A DNA stretch of 64,000 bases from the NCBI RefSeq assembly GCF_036588685.1, contig NW_026963290.1:744001-808000 (forward strand), read 5' to 3'. The translations under genes were made by a program, and so were the position numbers. Below the pieces are notes generated by a model. That model was not told where the DNA came from and ran no database searches. It saw only the letters and a list, made by a program, of their open reading frames with translations. This DNA comes from Mytilus trossulus. Taxonomy: Eukaryota. This document shows, one piece after another, positions 14,061 to 27,700 of the stretch (within the stretch, counting starts at the first letter, position 1; each line of letters starts with the position of its first letter).

Positions 14061-16921
14061 GACCATCACATTCGTTTAGAACAAAACTGCGTGTGTGGTA
14101 GCTGAATATTCGATGTTTTCATAGAAAGTGTTCATTGCATTCATTACACGCTCTTTTCATTAATAATAATCAGACATAATGCTCGCTCATTCAATCCCAT
14201 TTCTTTTTCCAGTGAACAATGCATTAGGATCAAATACTTATTTCCATATATTCAAAAGTTGAAATCATAACGAGCATTTTTACTAAGTTTTGAGCTAAAT
14301 TTACACCCAAGTTACAATCTAACGGACGCAATAACGGTATGTTGGATTAACGGAAAACGTAATGCCCTTTTATTATCGTAATTAAAGTAGAAACTGCAAT
14401 TGAGCATGAGGGCAGTTGTACAATTGTTTAACGAGATAGCCTGTACATATCTAAAATATTATGCATATTTGGTAGAAATGGTAGATACAAGCAATTCAAA
14501 GTCCAAATAAATATTTACCAAAGATGTAAATAGTTTAATTGATACTGATTTTGAATAATTGTAACAGCTGAGCAGTGAAATCTGTGTCTTTTTCGTTATC
14601 ATTTTTTCGCGTAAATTAACACATGTTGAATGCTGTACCCCTATTTTTTTACTTTTTTACCTATTATGTCTGGGTTTCATTCGTTCACATATCGTTGTCA
14701 ATATAATGGAATTGCATGCGACTCTCATACAATTTAGTGGCTTAGCTAGCTATAAAACCAGGTTTTATCTACCATTTTCTACCTGTACCAAGTCAGGAAT
14801 ATGACAGTTGTTATAATCCTTTCACGGATTTGGCTATACTTTTTGGACCTTTTGGATTATAGCTCTTCATCTTTTATATAACCTTTGGATTTCAAATATT
14901 TTGGCCACCGTTAATTTTATTTGACATAAATGATCAATAATGGTAAACGATATCATTGTATAATCTTGTAATTACTAGTATTCATAGAAACGTTAGTTTA
15001 ATAAATTCCTGTGAAGCATCAATCCTCTATTGATGAACTACAACTACATCCTGATTGAACAACTCTTGGTACATACAATTCACATTTCTGAGCAGTCACT
15101 GAATTTGACCTGACTGAAATTATCAAACAAATTGGAATTAAAGTTGTGAAATAAAACCAGGTTTAATCCAATATTAAGTTTTATTAGACTAAGTTTTATA
15201 TAGTTGTTATCCATTAGTTTGATGTGTTTGTTATTTTGATTTTAATTAGAAATTTTTAATTGATGTTTATATTAATGTTTCATGTTCTGTCCGACTCGGC
15301 TTCTGTTAAAATCATTATTTATTTAGGTGGACGATAAACATTTTATTACTAGATTTATTATGTCTGTGGTAGAGACGGCAATGTTTTCTTAACCGTCTCA
15401 TGACTTGGTGCACGTGTTAAATTTTCAATCTTTGTCAGGTTTATTCAGTCAGTTGCATTGATAAGATAGTAACAGTATAGAAGTGCAAACAATTCAAATC
15501 AACCCTCCAGCCGCCCCAACACCGCCGATTATTATGAAGATGTTGTGCCTTTATGGTTCACGTTATGTTACTATAATAAATGATCAGGCCAGACATTTAT
15601 GAACATTTTCTGAGTAGTTAGGGTGCCTACGTGCCTTAACGAGGAATAGTCTCATATTGATTGCTCAACAGTTCTATTTCACGTCGGTCTATGCCCACAA
15701 AGATTTACTCTTATGCGGTACCACGTGGAAAATCAAGTAAGGCTATACCGCTCGGGAACGGCTTGCTAAAGTACTCTGAGACAAGTAGACTGGTAGTCGT
15801 ACACACACGTGTATGCAAATACCCCTATGGTGACGCATTTCTGTCAAAGATATGTGGCTAGCTCAGGCACAGTATTTTAGCGGCAAATTATCCTTAATTA
15901 TCTGAGAACACACTATCATTTTATGTACATACTGTGTGTTTTGTGTCAACTGCAGGTAGCATGTAATTTGTTTTGTTCTTGATTTACAATATGACAGAAC
16001 TGAGTGAATTACATGATACTAGAGAAAAAATATCCTCAAGCATTCACACAGTGTGCCGCGCACACTGCTCGGATAGTTAAGTATAATGTTGGCGTCAGTT
16101 AGTTTACATTCATCGCTTTTTATTCACTGACGCCAAGGAAGTTTTCTGTAACATAACGTGTTGCCCTTAAGCCCAAATATTTGTATAATAAAAATAATTA
16201 TTTTATTATGTTTTATATTCTTTCAGTACTCAAACAATCAGACTGGGTATCTTGAAATACTTCCTGCTGGACGTTTACAGGCTTTATATCAACAATAACT
16301 ACTTTCGTAATTATGGTATATTGTCTGTGATCGTTCTTATAGACGGTCATTAAAAGCTATCAATTATCTGCGGACAAGGTTAATTTATATGTATTTGTAC
16401 ATATCTCTAATCATTGTTCACGCCTGTAATTCTCTTATCAAAGGTCTATTAAGGTCAACGCATTGAGGTTTTATTAGTTAATTGGCTTTGGTCTGCTGTG
16501 TCGGTATTAACTTTGGATCATACGCTTGATGTGTATTTATTATGTTTGAAACATGTTGTATAAATGAAGGACTTTGCGATTTTAATTTTCCTCAGAGTTC
16601 AGAATTTTTGTGAAATTTCTGCTTATAGCAATCGTTGCGGGAAAAGCATACACAAAAGCTTTCAAGAAGAATTTTTTCTCTCGTTAAAATCGGTTATTAA
16701 AATAACTATGTAATTATGTGTTCGTCGTACATTTTGATTTTTAGTAGGAACAACTGCATCTTGTCGATGTTCATATCTTTACATGTGTTTGATTATTATG
16801 TTGAATGAAGAATGTAATCTCTTAACTGATGGCATTTACAGTTCACAAGATTACTATTCCATTCAAATTGGGATTGAAATATTGGGCCAAACTTTCCCAT
16901 TAAATGTATTCAGATGTTTTG

Positions 16922-17302
16922 TATAATCCTGGTAACTTTGATAACTATATACACCACTGGGTCGATGTTACTGCTGGTGGATGTTTCGTCCCCGAGGGTA
17001 TCACCAGCCCAGTAGTCAGCACTTCGGGGTTGACATGAATATCAATTATGTGATCATTTTTATAAATTTCCTGTTACAAAACTTTAATTTTTTTGAAAAA
17101 CTAAGGATTTTCTTATCCCTGGAATAGATTACCTTAGCCGTATTTGGCACAACATTTTGGAATTTTGGATCCTCAATGCTCTTCAACTTTGTACTTGTTT
17201 GGCTTTACAACTATTTTGATCTGAGCGTCACTGATGAGTCTTATGTAGACGAAACGCGCGTCCGGCGTATAAAATTATAATCCTGGTACTTTTGATAACT
17301 AT
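16922..17302 (+). mobile_element. retrozyme-like 354-nt monomer (family 1) with 27-nt terminal redundancy
   Basis: TATAATCCTGGTA..TTTGATAACTAT occurs at 16922 and 17276 (period 354). Non-coding, with a hammerhead near the unit junction. Confidence 0.8.
17225..17268 (+). ncRNA. minimal type I hammerhead ribozyme (family 1)
   Basis: GCGUCA-CUGAUGA-GUC(uuaugua)GAC-GAAA-CGCGCG-UC^CGGCGU. Palindromic stem III ACGCGCGU; one A-C mismatch at the base of stem I. Confidence 0.8.
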
Positions 17303-17474
17303 TTGCACGAAGAGACGTTTGTGCCCTAATGATTTAAAAGGTAATCATAAAATAAAAAAAATACTGAACTCCGAGATAAAATCAAAACGGAAAGTCCCTA
17401 ATCAAAGGAGAAACCAAAATCTCAAACACACCAAACGAATGTATAACAAAAAAATTAACGGTACCAAATTTCTT

Positions 17475-17518
17475 GCACCAGATGCGCATTTCGACAATAC
17501 ATGTCTCTTCAGTGATGC
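17475..17518 (-). ncRNA. minimal type I hammerhead ribozyme (family 2), intact
   Basis: GCAUCA-CUGAAGA-GAC(auguauu)GUC-GAAA-UGCGCA-UC^UGGUGC. All stems pair; lies within a repeat fragment at ~17450-17700. Confidence 0.85.
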
Positions 17519-19264
17519 TCGTGACCAAAATATTTGAAATCCAAAGCTTATATAAAAGATGAAGAGCTATAATCCAAAAGGTCCAAAAAAATTAGCCAAA
17601 TCCGTGAAAGGAATCAGAGCTTTGCATGAGGGAGATACATTAATTAATTTATAATAATTTCTAATATTTTGTAACAGCAAATTTAAATAACACCAAAAAA
17701 GATGACCCCAGATATGTTGTGGTTTCCGCAATCACGTCATCCTCCCAGTTATGGACTTTCCCCTTTGTAAATTGCATTCGAGTTCGGTAGTTTTGACAAT
17801 ACTTTTTAAATGCCACTTGTCACCATATTTGGTTTGTGTAAGCCAGAGAGTTCTCGTTCAAAATTAAAGTCTGTGTGTTTATTTTCTGATCAAAGTTTAA
17901 TCAATTAATAAATGTTTTAGTTGATCTACGATAGGTTGTGAACTTTTTTGTGTCTTTTCTTCTCTTTTTTTTTTTTATTTGCTGTAGTGTAACCTGATAT
18001 TATTTGACTTATGGTTATCAATGGTTATAGAGTCCTTTCTTGGTAAATTTATACATTTGATGCACAAGTTATCTTACCATAACACAATGGGAGATGCATA
18101 GAACTACATTTGCTTTCTATATGAGTTCATAGGTCTTATTATGTATCTCTTCGAAAATTTATTACCGTTATTCTGTACGCATTAGTCTAATTGATATAAA
18201 CTAAAAACAATTTAGAAAAATCGATATAGAATCGAATGAAATTAAAGATAATTCGAGAAAAGGTTGAATTGATAGGTATGCGTTCCTGCTAAAATAAAAA
18301 TGATTCACCCGCCATACGAGTACCAACTGCCAAAAGTTAATAACTGAGAATTGTTCTAAATCAATACATATATAAATAAGACGACCACTCTGGTGTCTTG
18401 AGATCGGAAACATGAGTAAATACTAATTTGTTAGGGCAAACGAAATATTCTTGTAATGTCGATTTCAAATATTTCTGTTGTGTAGCCCTATTGGGAGAGT
18501 TTATTTGTGTAATGAGCACATCAATAGAATGAAATATCACTTTAAAAGTTCTATTTGTAAATTGAAAATAGTGAAAATAGATACATCAGGATAATTCAAA
18601 AATATTGTTTGTCAACAGGCTTGTTTGTTTGGTTTCGTATGGTCCCGTTGAATATAAAATATCTGATAAAGGACGTCTTTAACTTGTTTTGATGTGAGTT
18701 TTTTTCTTCGTGTTGAGGGCATCACTGTGACTTTGAGATGAAGACTTAGAAGCGCTGTTCCTTTGCATTTTTGTTGTTGTGCATTTACTGGTTTTGTGTC
18801 ATGGATGAATACCACTTATTCTTTGGTTTTTTTTCTACTAATCTACGATAAGATTGGTGGGTATATGTTTCAAATTCATCAAACATTTAAAAATATAACA
18901 TTTTGTAAATGTCGTACGTCCAACGGATTTCTTTTTAACCAGCAGAAACCTAACCATTTGAAAGCCAAAGGTATGTTAGAGGCTGGGTAATCAAAATGAG
19001 CATTAAGATTAAATTGTATCAATAAGTCAAATTAACAAGATTTGAATTTGTCTGAGGGAAATTGAACATTCGTTTCTAAATTATCTGTTTATTTATAAAA
19101 TGATAATTTTAAAAAATGTTGTTTTTTAATCATAAATTCATCATAGATACCAGGCTTAGAACTGTGTACGCAAGACACGCGTCATCAGTGACACTCTTAT
19201 CAAAAACGTGTAAAAAAGTCAATAAAGTGCAAGGTAGAGGAGCATTGAAGACTTGAAATTAGAG

Positions 19265-20690
19265 GTAAAAAGTAAAATAACAAAAATACTGAACTCTGAG
19301 GAAAATTCAAAACGGAAAGTCCCTAATGAAATGGCAAAATAAAATGATAAATCACATCAAACGAATGGACAACAACTGTCATATTCCTGACTTGGTATAT
19401 GCGTTCTCAAACTGTAGTAAATGGTGGATTGAACCTGGTTGTATTGCGCTGAACCTTTCACTTTTTGACAGTGGCATCAAATTTCTTTATATTTATAAAC
19501 AAAACAGACATAATAGGAAAAATTGTGAAAATAAGGATACAGCCATCATCACCGTGTCACAACCTCAGTCAGAACGAAAACAAACAAATACATATAACAA
19601 AGATTCACAAAAAAAGAAAAAAGAAAATTTAACAACCACATGCATTGCTGCTTAATATATATGTATTCGTAACCCAAATGACTGCATAGCGACGTGCATA
19701 TCAACTCGAGTAGACTGTCGCGTGTTTGATGTTACTGAGAGTTACGTCACACATGAAGAGATATAAAAAAAAAGTGTCGTTCAAAGTACTTTCAATACTA
19801 TAAGAAAACAATAACATGAATACATATCATAGAACAATAATATATATAGTGGGGTGTTAAAAGTACAAAACTACTTCCTATGTACCGAATACATACAGAA
19901 AGAAGCACGTACAAAGCACACCAGCAAAAATGAAAGATATTACAAACATTGATATAAAATAATTTTGGTGTTCAAAGTATTTTAAAACCATAATAGCATA
20001 TTAAGATAATTGCATTTTAATAGAACAAAAGAATAATGGCAAGATGTTTAAAAGTGCATAGCCACGTCATATGTACCAAAGAAGAACAAAAAGTCACAAG
20101 TACAAAGCACGACAGCAAATAAAGAAAGAAAATAAAAACACATTGACGGGATGTATAAGTACTGAGCCAGGTCAAATGGGTGTTTAACCCCGCCACATTA
20201 TGTGTGAATGTTTCTATCTCTAGTCAGGAAACTGTATTTCAATGGTTTTCATTTTTTAATGTGTTACATATTTGTTTTACGTTCATTTTTTTTTTTAATA
20301 AATAAGGCCGTTAGTTTTCTCGTTGGAATTGTTTTACATTGTCTTTTCGGGGTCTTTTATAGCTGACTATCCGGTAAGGGCTTTGCTCATTATGGAAAAC
20401 CGTATAGAGACCTATAGTTTTTAATTTCTATGTCATTTTGGTCTCTTGTGGAGAGTTGTCCAATTGGCAATCATGTCACATCTTCTTTTTATAGTTACCA
20501 AAAATAGACCAAACACTAAAAGTAGTATTAATAGTAGAACAAAGATAAATAAAAGACCAATATAACACATTATTGAGATGATAAACAGCGTCAGTAAACA
20601 GAATATATACACCAAGACCGTCATGTATTATTTTTGAAGTTGATACGGAATCAACAAGGTCTTGGTACCTTCCGATGAACTTTTATGGTG
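19265..20690 (-). mobile_element. Penelope-like 3' fragment interrupted by a family-A repeat (~20180-20490)
   Basis: Reverse-complement match to 13360-14060: RT C-terminus at ~20600-20690 and family-B end at ~19265. Confidence 0.6.
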
Positions 20691-21109
20691 GTATATACAA
20701 ACATGTCAGTACCAAAGCCTGAATACTGAGCAAACGATATCAACAGCAGTATTCAGCAGTGGTATCAACCCAGTGCTAGTGAACAAAATTTAAACGTTTT
20801 CGTGTGTCCGACGTGCTTTTTCTGTAATTACCTTCTCGGGATGGCTCAAACCTATACATTAAAGTATTATTAATCTTAAAAACGATCATACATAATGTCA
20901 AGCCAAAAAAATAATAGTTTTTTATTGATTCTTTCATGTGAACCCTGGACTGGAATGTTTTTTTTTACTTTTTGTGCATTGAAATCAAGTCCAAATGTGC
21001 TTAGGAACCTTCGCTGAAACATGTTTTCTGTCAACTGATCAGAAGAATAATCACTAATATAAGAGTATAAAACGGCGTGATTTCATGACAGTATGTTTAG
21101 AATGTTGAT

Positions 21110-21445
21110 ATAAAATAAGAAGATTAGGTTTCAATTGCCAAGGAGGCAGATCTCAACAAGTGACCAAATGACACAGAAATTAACAACTAAAGATCACTGT
21201 ACGACCTTCAACAATGAGTCAAACCCATTTCACACAGTCAGCTATTATGAAAGACCCCGGAATGAAAAATGCATAGCAATTCAAGCGAGAAAACTAACGG
21301 CTTATAGTATGTACAAAAAAGGATAAACAAATATTATATACAGCAACAAACGAAAACTCCTGAATTACAGTCGACTGACTACGGACAGGCACAGACAGAA
21401 TGTGGCGGGCGCTTAATCCTACCTTTATCCTGAGATAATGGTTCA
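21110..21445 (+). repeat. abundant dispersed repeat 'family A' (AAGAAGATGTGGTATGA.TGCCAATGAGACAAC...)
   Basis: Other copies at ~1935, 2300-2400(-), 20180-20490(-), 23250-23470(-), 40345, 44750-44980, 57285-57500, 59181-59277, 63460-63820. Class not determined. Confidence 0.7.
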
Positions 21446-21987
21446 ACTTGAGGTTAAATGGTTACATTAGCTTGTATAATTATTGAAATATATCATTTTT
21501 ACTTCTCTCATTCGGGAAAAGATTTCATTTAAAAAATATGCGTATTGGTCGAGGGTGATACGGCATGTGATACGGATTTTACCATGTATTATACGCTTTA
21601 TCATATATTTCAACAGAAGAGTATAATATTTTATGAACTGTTTTCTGATCCATAGCACTGGGTTACCTTCAGTTCTACTTGTTTCAAAGGCCTAAAAGAA
21701 CTGCTCAATTATTCGAAGCACCATAGTTACCTTACAATTATAGTCGACTGACTACGGACAGGCACAGACAGAATGTGGCGGGCGCTTAATCCTACCTTTA
21801 TCCTGAGATAATGGTTCAACTTGAGGTTAAATGGTTACATGAGCTTGTATAATTATTGAAATAAATCATTTTTACTTCTCTCATTTGGGAAAAGATTTCA
21901 TTTAAAAAATATGCGTCCGTTTCGTTGTGCGAAGCGAATTAATGATCTGTCTAAAGGGGCCACTAATCCAAAAACGCATGTTTAGGA

Positions 21988-22189
21988 GAGGGGGGATAGG
22001 AGGAGTCCTAATCCCGAAATCCCGAGCTTAAAAACGCGAAATCCCGAGGTCCCGAATTTAAATAAAGTTAAATCCCGGATCCCGAAATTTGAAGAAAAAA
22101 AAAATCCCGGATCCCGAAGGGGTAAATCCCGAAATCCCGAGCTTAAAAACACCCGATCCAGGAGTCCCGATAAAGGTCCTATCCCCCTC
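21988..22189. mobile_element. MITE with GAGGGGG-ATAGGA TIR, ATCCCGA internal repeats, 6-bp TSD
   Basis: TTAGGA at 21982-21987 and 22190-22195; a second copy in opposite orientation lies at 43095-43276. Confidence 0.8.
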
Positions 22190-24701
22190 TTAGGAGGTGT
22201 ATACCTTAGAGGGTTTAACATGGCCTGTTTGTTCAAAAATATATATAGCTGCTCTAAATATTGTATTATAGTCCTGCTCAATGGGTCGTGTTTGCCTAAA
22301 ACTCAATACAACGTTTAGATGAGTGATCGACCTTTGTTTTCTGTTATGAATTGGTAATGTTTGTTTTTACTTGTTGTCAATCAATTGTTCAGAGTTTTTT
22401 TTATTCCATGTTTTTATAAAAAAAAAAATTCTCGGCGCTTCATATTTTTCGGTTTTTAATTTTTGTTTCGTTTTGCTTCGTTTTTATGTGTTGTTGCTTG
22501 TGTGTGCTTTTTTGTTACAAATATCACCATTATCTTTATAAAATTGCAGTATAAAAACGAACGGATGGGATTCGAAGGGTCAGAATCGCGCTTTTCGGAT
22601 TCATCTTCATAAGGAACTACGTTAATAGCTGAGGGTCAAGAATAAAATAGTACTTATAAGTTAAATACGTGAATATAATTGAACCGCTATGAGTCTAACC
22701 ATGTTTTGCTGAAATGCAGACGATCCTTTATAAAAGATTGTTGATTGTGATGTAGAAATTCCGCCGGGCAAATGTATTTCAATCCGCAAACTTGTTTTGT
22801 ACCTTCCTTCGTTTGTATTGAAAAACGTTAACCGTAATAATTAATTACAATAACATTGTGTAGTGATACAACATATTGTCAACAGGAAACTTGTGTAGTG
22901 TTATGACACACAAAAATATATATGTAAACAATTTGTAACATCTGGACATTTCATAAAAGGTTTGTTTTCCTTTATTCAATCTGTTATATGTATATCACAT
23001 TAGTTTTTCAAAAACTTGATCCTATTTATTTTTTGTAATACTCTATTGTTTGTGCTTTTTCTTAGTTTCAAATATTTGATTTTTATCACAATCAATCAGA
23101 CATGTATTTTACTTCACACTTACAGATCATCAACATGAGTAAATAAAATCAAATAAGCTTTCAATTCGTATACATGGTATATTAGCTGGTATGTTTTAAC
23201 TGCTACCGGGAATGATGCCGCTGCTGAATGGTGGACTACAGTGGTTGTAAGTTGTTACTGTGTTACGTTTAGTATTTTTTTTTCGTTCATTTTTTGTACT
23301 TAAACTATGCCGTTAGTTCTCTCGTTTCAATTGTTTTACATTTGTCATTTCGGGGCCTTTTATAGCTGACTATAGGTCTTACGGTGACCTATAATTACGT
23401 ACGTCCATTTCATTTGAACTTTGGTTGATAGTATTCTCATTGGCGACCAAACCACATCCCCTTATTTGTACACAATTCAAATATTGACCAATATACTCCG
23501 TAACCAATGCATCTTAATGACTTATTATTGCTATGGTGTTGCTCTTAAACCTGATATTAATGCTAGATCAATTTTAAATTAATATAATGATATATTAAAA
23601 ATAGTTAAATTTTAAGGTTAATCTCTGATATACTATTTTCAGTATTGCTTAGATCTTCAGTGTAATACTGTATTACTATTTTTTTTAAATTATTTTGGGG
23701 TTGTTTTGTGTTTGGAGTTGTTTGTTGTTGTTGTTGTTTTTTGTTGTTGGGTTTTTTTTTTGGGGGGGGGGGGCGGCGGTATCCAATAAGAATACAACCA
23801 ACCACTTATATGAACTGGTCATTAAAATGATGAAGAAATATTGTCATTCAGTATATCAGATATTACAGAGAGTCTTGAAAATACGCCAACATAACAACAG
23901 ATTTACAAAAGGATATAGAAATAAAAAAAAGAATATTTGTATATGTACCTTTTCTTTGAACTGATATGATAATACGTTTTCTGATATATGATGCACATGC
24001 CAATCTTTCACTTTATCTTTACTTAGTACCTTTATTTTTCTGATGTTTTGTCATAAACCAAGTTATTAGGAAGGTATTGGCACTTAACTTGTTAATCCTA
24101 CGTTATGCTGTTCTAATTTTTGTAGTTTTTATTGTTTGTTTCTACTATTAGAAGTAATACAATTGTGAAATTTAACTATTTTAATGGCGCTGTTCACTTC
24201 AAAACCTATAACTGCTAGAGTCATATGTGGATGAAATATATTTTAAAATGTGGCAGCAAATTCTGATCCTATTCAATCATCGTTTAATGAATTGGAAAAG
24301 AAATTGCTTTATGGCAATCGTTACTGATGTTTCCTGGGTATTTGCTACCTCGTTAATGTTAAAGGATTAAAATAGGGGGTGTCTATGTTAGAAAACATCA
24401 ACTTAATGTTAATAACGTTTTTTTTAATTACATGTATAACTGATATTATCTAGATACAAGTATTCTATACAGGATCAATTAAAACATTAAAACTGTAATT
24501 TTCCTACTCTCCTTCAACTTGTTACAAGTATGTTATGTGTCCGAGAGGTCAAATATAAAGTTGTAAAGTATATTAAAAGCGCTTTGATTACTATACATTA
24601 ATAACTCCAGTGATACGACCCCTATTCAAATTATTAAAAAAGTACAAACCTAATATTGCACCAAACTGCTTAATAATATATTTTACAAGATCTGAGGGAA
24701 C

Positions 24702-27700
24702 ATGCTGCTCTTGTATTTGCTAACTGTATTGTTAATGGTCTCCTGGTCACTAGGATGTTCCTGTGGGATAGCATCGCTGCATCAGTACGTGTGTGGATCT
24801 GAATTTAGTAAGTGCAGTTTTAACTATCAGGATTTTGTTTTACAATAGCTACTTCTAATTTATTTTAGTATCATGTCTTCCAGTGTATACAGCAGATATG
24901 ATTGCTTCGATCATTTACTGTTAAAGAGAGAGACGAAAAAAACAAAGGGAATTGAAACTCATGAGTAGAAAAGAAACTATCCGAAACTGACAACGTCATG
25001 GCAAGAAAAATGAAAAACAATAAAAAATAAAATAAATAAAAACAACAGTATTCACAACACACTGTAGAAATCTAAAGACTTAGCAAAACCAACCCCACCG
25101 AAAACTGGGGGTGTTCTCATGTGCTCCGACGGATAGTATGTGCAGATTCTGCTCCACATGTGGCATTCGTTGTATTGCTCCGACGGTACAAGTTTGATTC
25201 CATAACGATCAACAAACTGTTGATGGCGTCCGTAACATTTTTGATGGGGCGATTTCAACTTTACCGCTTGGAACTTTTTGTTATTTCTTTACTTCCTAGT
25301 GAGCAGAGATCCTTTGTCAATTAATTTATTATTCGTGAAATCTTAAAATCCTTCAAAATCATAAAGTTTCTTTTAAGAAATAACTCGGTTTTGGTTGCTG
25401 ATGCAATTAAAAGTGGTATATAACTTCTCATATTGTTCTTAATTTTCAGTAATAATAGGTAGAGTCCAAACAGTACCTGGATCCGAGTCAAACACAGACG
25501 TGTACTATTTGGTGAACGTTCTGGATATTTTAAAGGTACTATACTTAAGATTGCATTATTCCGCCTTCCTTTAAAGTACATCTTCAGCATTATTTTATAC
25601 CTTCCAGGGGCGGATTTAGGCGGGGGCGTGGCGGGCGTGCGCCCCCCCCCCCCCCCCCTACAATTTGCAAAGCATAGGTTGACTTCAACATATTTAAGTA
25701 TCAGAAGAGACCATTCAATCTTTTTAACGTGACAAATTGAGGTATGTAAAACAGTCAGTTTAACAGAATCAACGTGATTACTAATCAACTGACCTACGCC
25801 TTACTAAAGTTTTATAAATAATTTCAAAGGAAGGTGTCAAACGCGGAGCTGCGTTTGCTGACAATTATAATAGGTTTTTAGCAGTTGAAAGAAAAAAAAA
25901 TACATTGTATTTGCGGTTTTTATAATCAATTTGTTTGAAAATCGAAGTTCCAAAACATCCCTTACTCACTTTCACAATTTCATCAAGAAAGCAGCGATAT
26001 TTTTTTTATAATATCGGTACTGTAATGAAAGATAGAAATACTGTTTTAAGCGAAAGGTTAGTTTATTAATTTGTATCTCTGTGTCTGTATTTTATTTCTC
26101 ACTTGCAACCTAAATATTTAGCCGAATTATGTACCGCATTACTGTATGCTTGTGATCCCAAGAAAATAAATATAACTGTGTAAATGCGTCTCATTCTTTA
26201 CTTATTTTAGTTTATGGCGAACACAGTGAAGTCGGTCACGACCTCCGAAAATAAAAAAAGTAAAAATCAGATAGTATGAAAAGACAATTAAAACCGCTGG
26301 TAAAGGTAGAAATTTTCATTGAAAAATATATTGGTCAGGTGAGCAATTGTGATCTGTCTCGTCTCACTTTACGTCCGTAAACATTCATTTATCGCTAATT
26401 TTACCACACAATAGTTCGACATATCTACATTTCACCCCTTTAGAAGAATATGTCAATAGTTTTACCTAAAACAACCTCCAAAAATTTTTCGCCTCGCTCC
26501 GCTCGGCGAAAACAAAAAATTTTGCGCCCCCCCTAACTGAAAATCCTGGATCCGCACCTGCCTTCTGTGCAAAAAATTAGCAATGCATCCACGAGACAAG
26601 GAAGATTAATAAAGAAGTCTAAATTGAAAACAACGGTAAAACCTATGATTGCGTTGAATAAAAACCGCAAAATTTCAAGAAAGAGGGGGGTACAGCACAA
26701 AAAAACATTTTCCTAAAGACCAAAAAAGTAAAAAAAAGTATAGTTTAACAAAACGCATTGGACTTACAGGTCGAACAACTGTTGTTCTTAAACCCTGCTG
26801 ACTGCCATTGACGAAAACAATAAACTTGCTGGAAAGATGGTATACCACAAACATGAGATGCAAAAATTTGTACACCATATCCGTATTTCGACAATTAATG
26901 TCTCTTCAGTGATGTTAGGGATCGAAACGGTATTTGGAAGGCCATGTAATGTACCTCACTTTAGGATAGACTATATATTTATAAATATTTTTCTCATTTC
27001 TATGCAAATCAATATCAGCTCATGATTTTTGTTTTTCAAGCAATCCTCACCACACACTTTGCCGATGGGTGAAGTAAAAATCTGGACACCAGGAAATGAC
27101 GGGATATGTAAAGCTCCACTTACACTCAATGAAGAATATTACATAGGAGGTATATGAATTAACAAATTATGTAGAGCATTGGTTTATAGAATTTGTAACA
27201 TTTGATTAAAGTTCGTTTTCTTATAATCTAACAATGATTTCTTGACCAAAATTATAGAACTTTTCATAATCATGATGTTTTATATGTTTAATTCAACAAA
27301 ATTTTTGGCTTTTATCAAAATCGTATGATTTTTTATTTCTAAATAGGTTATTGAAACTTTATATAAAATAGTGTAAATGTGTTTTTTTTAATTCCTTATG
27401 GATAATATATAAAACATGAAATCTGAATATAAAGGAATATACATATGAAACAGTTAATTACCACTTAACTCAAATCTTGTATTGCTATAAAAAATGAATA
27501 TGTCATTTAAGGAAATATAGACAAAAGGACTGGCAAACTTCAGACGTATTTGTGTTATTTCCGGAGAAAGGTATCGGAATTAAAAGATTGTCAGAAAAGA
27601 ATGATAGCTGAAAATATGTTTGATTGCAGTTGTAAGGTATTGACACTTTTTGTTTTTAGAAATCTAGTTACTATAGTAAGGTTTTTCTGCTTATCAACAG

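Noticed and set aside
23126-23246. AG..GTAAGT-bounded candidate coding exon
   Set aside because: Stops in all frames; could be a UTR exon but this is unsupported.
26211-26338. AG..GT-bounded candidate TIMP exon
   Set aside because: Stops in all frames; lies inside the 25605-26560 transposon.
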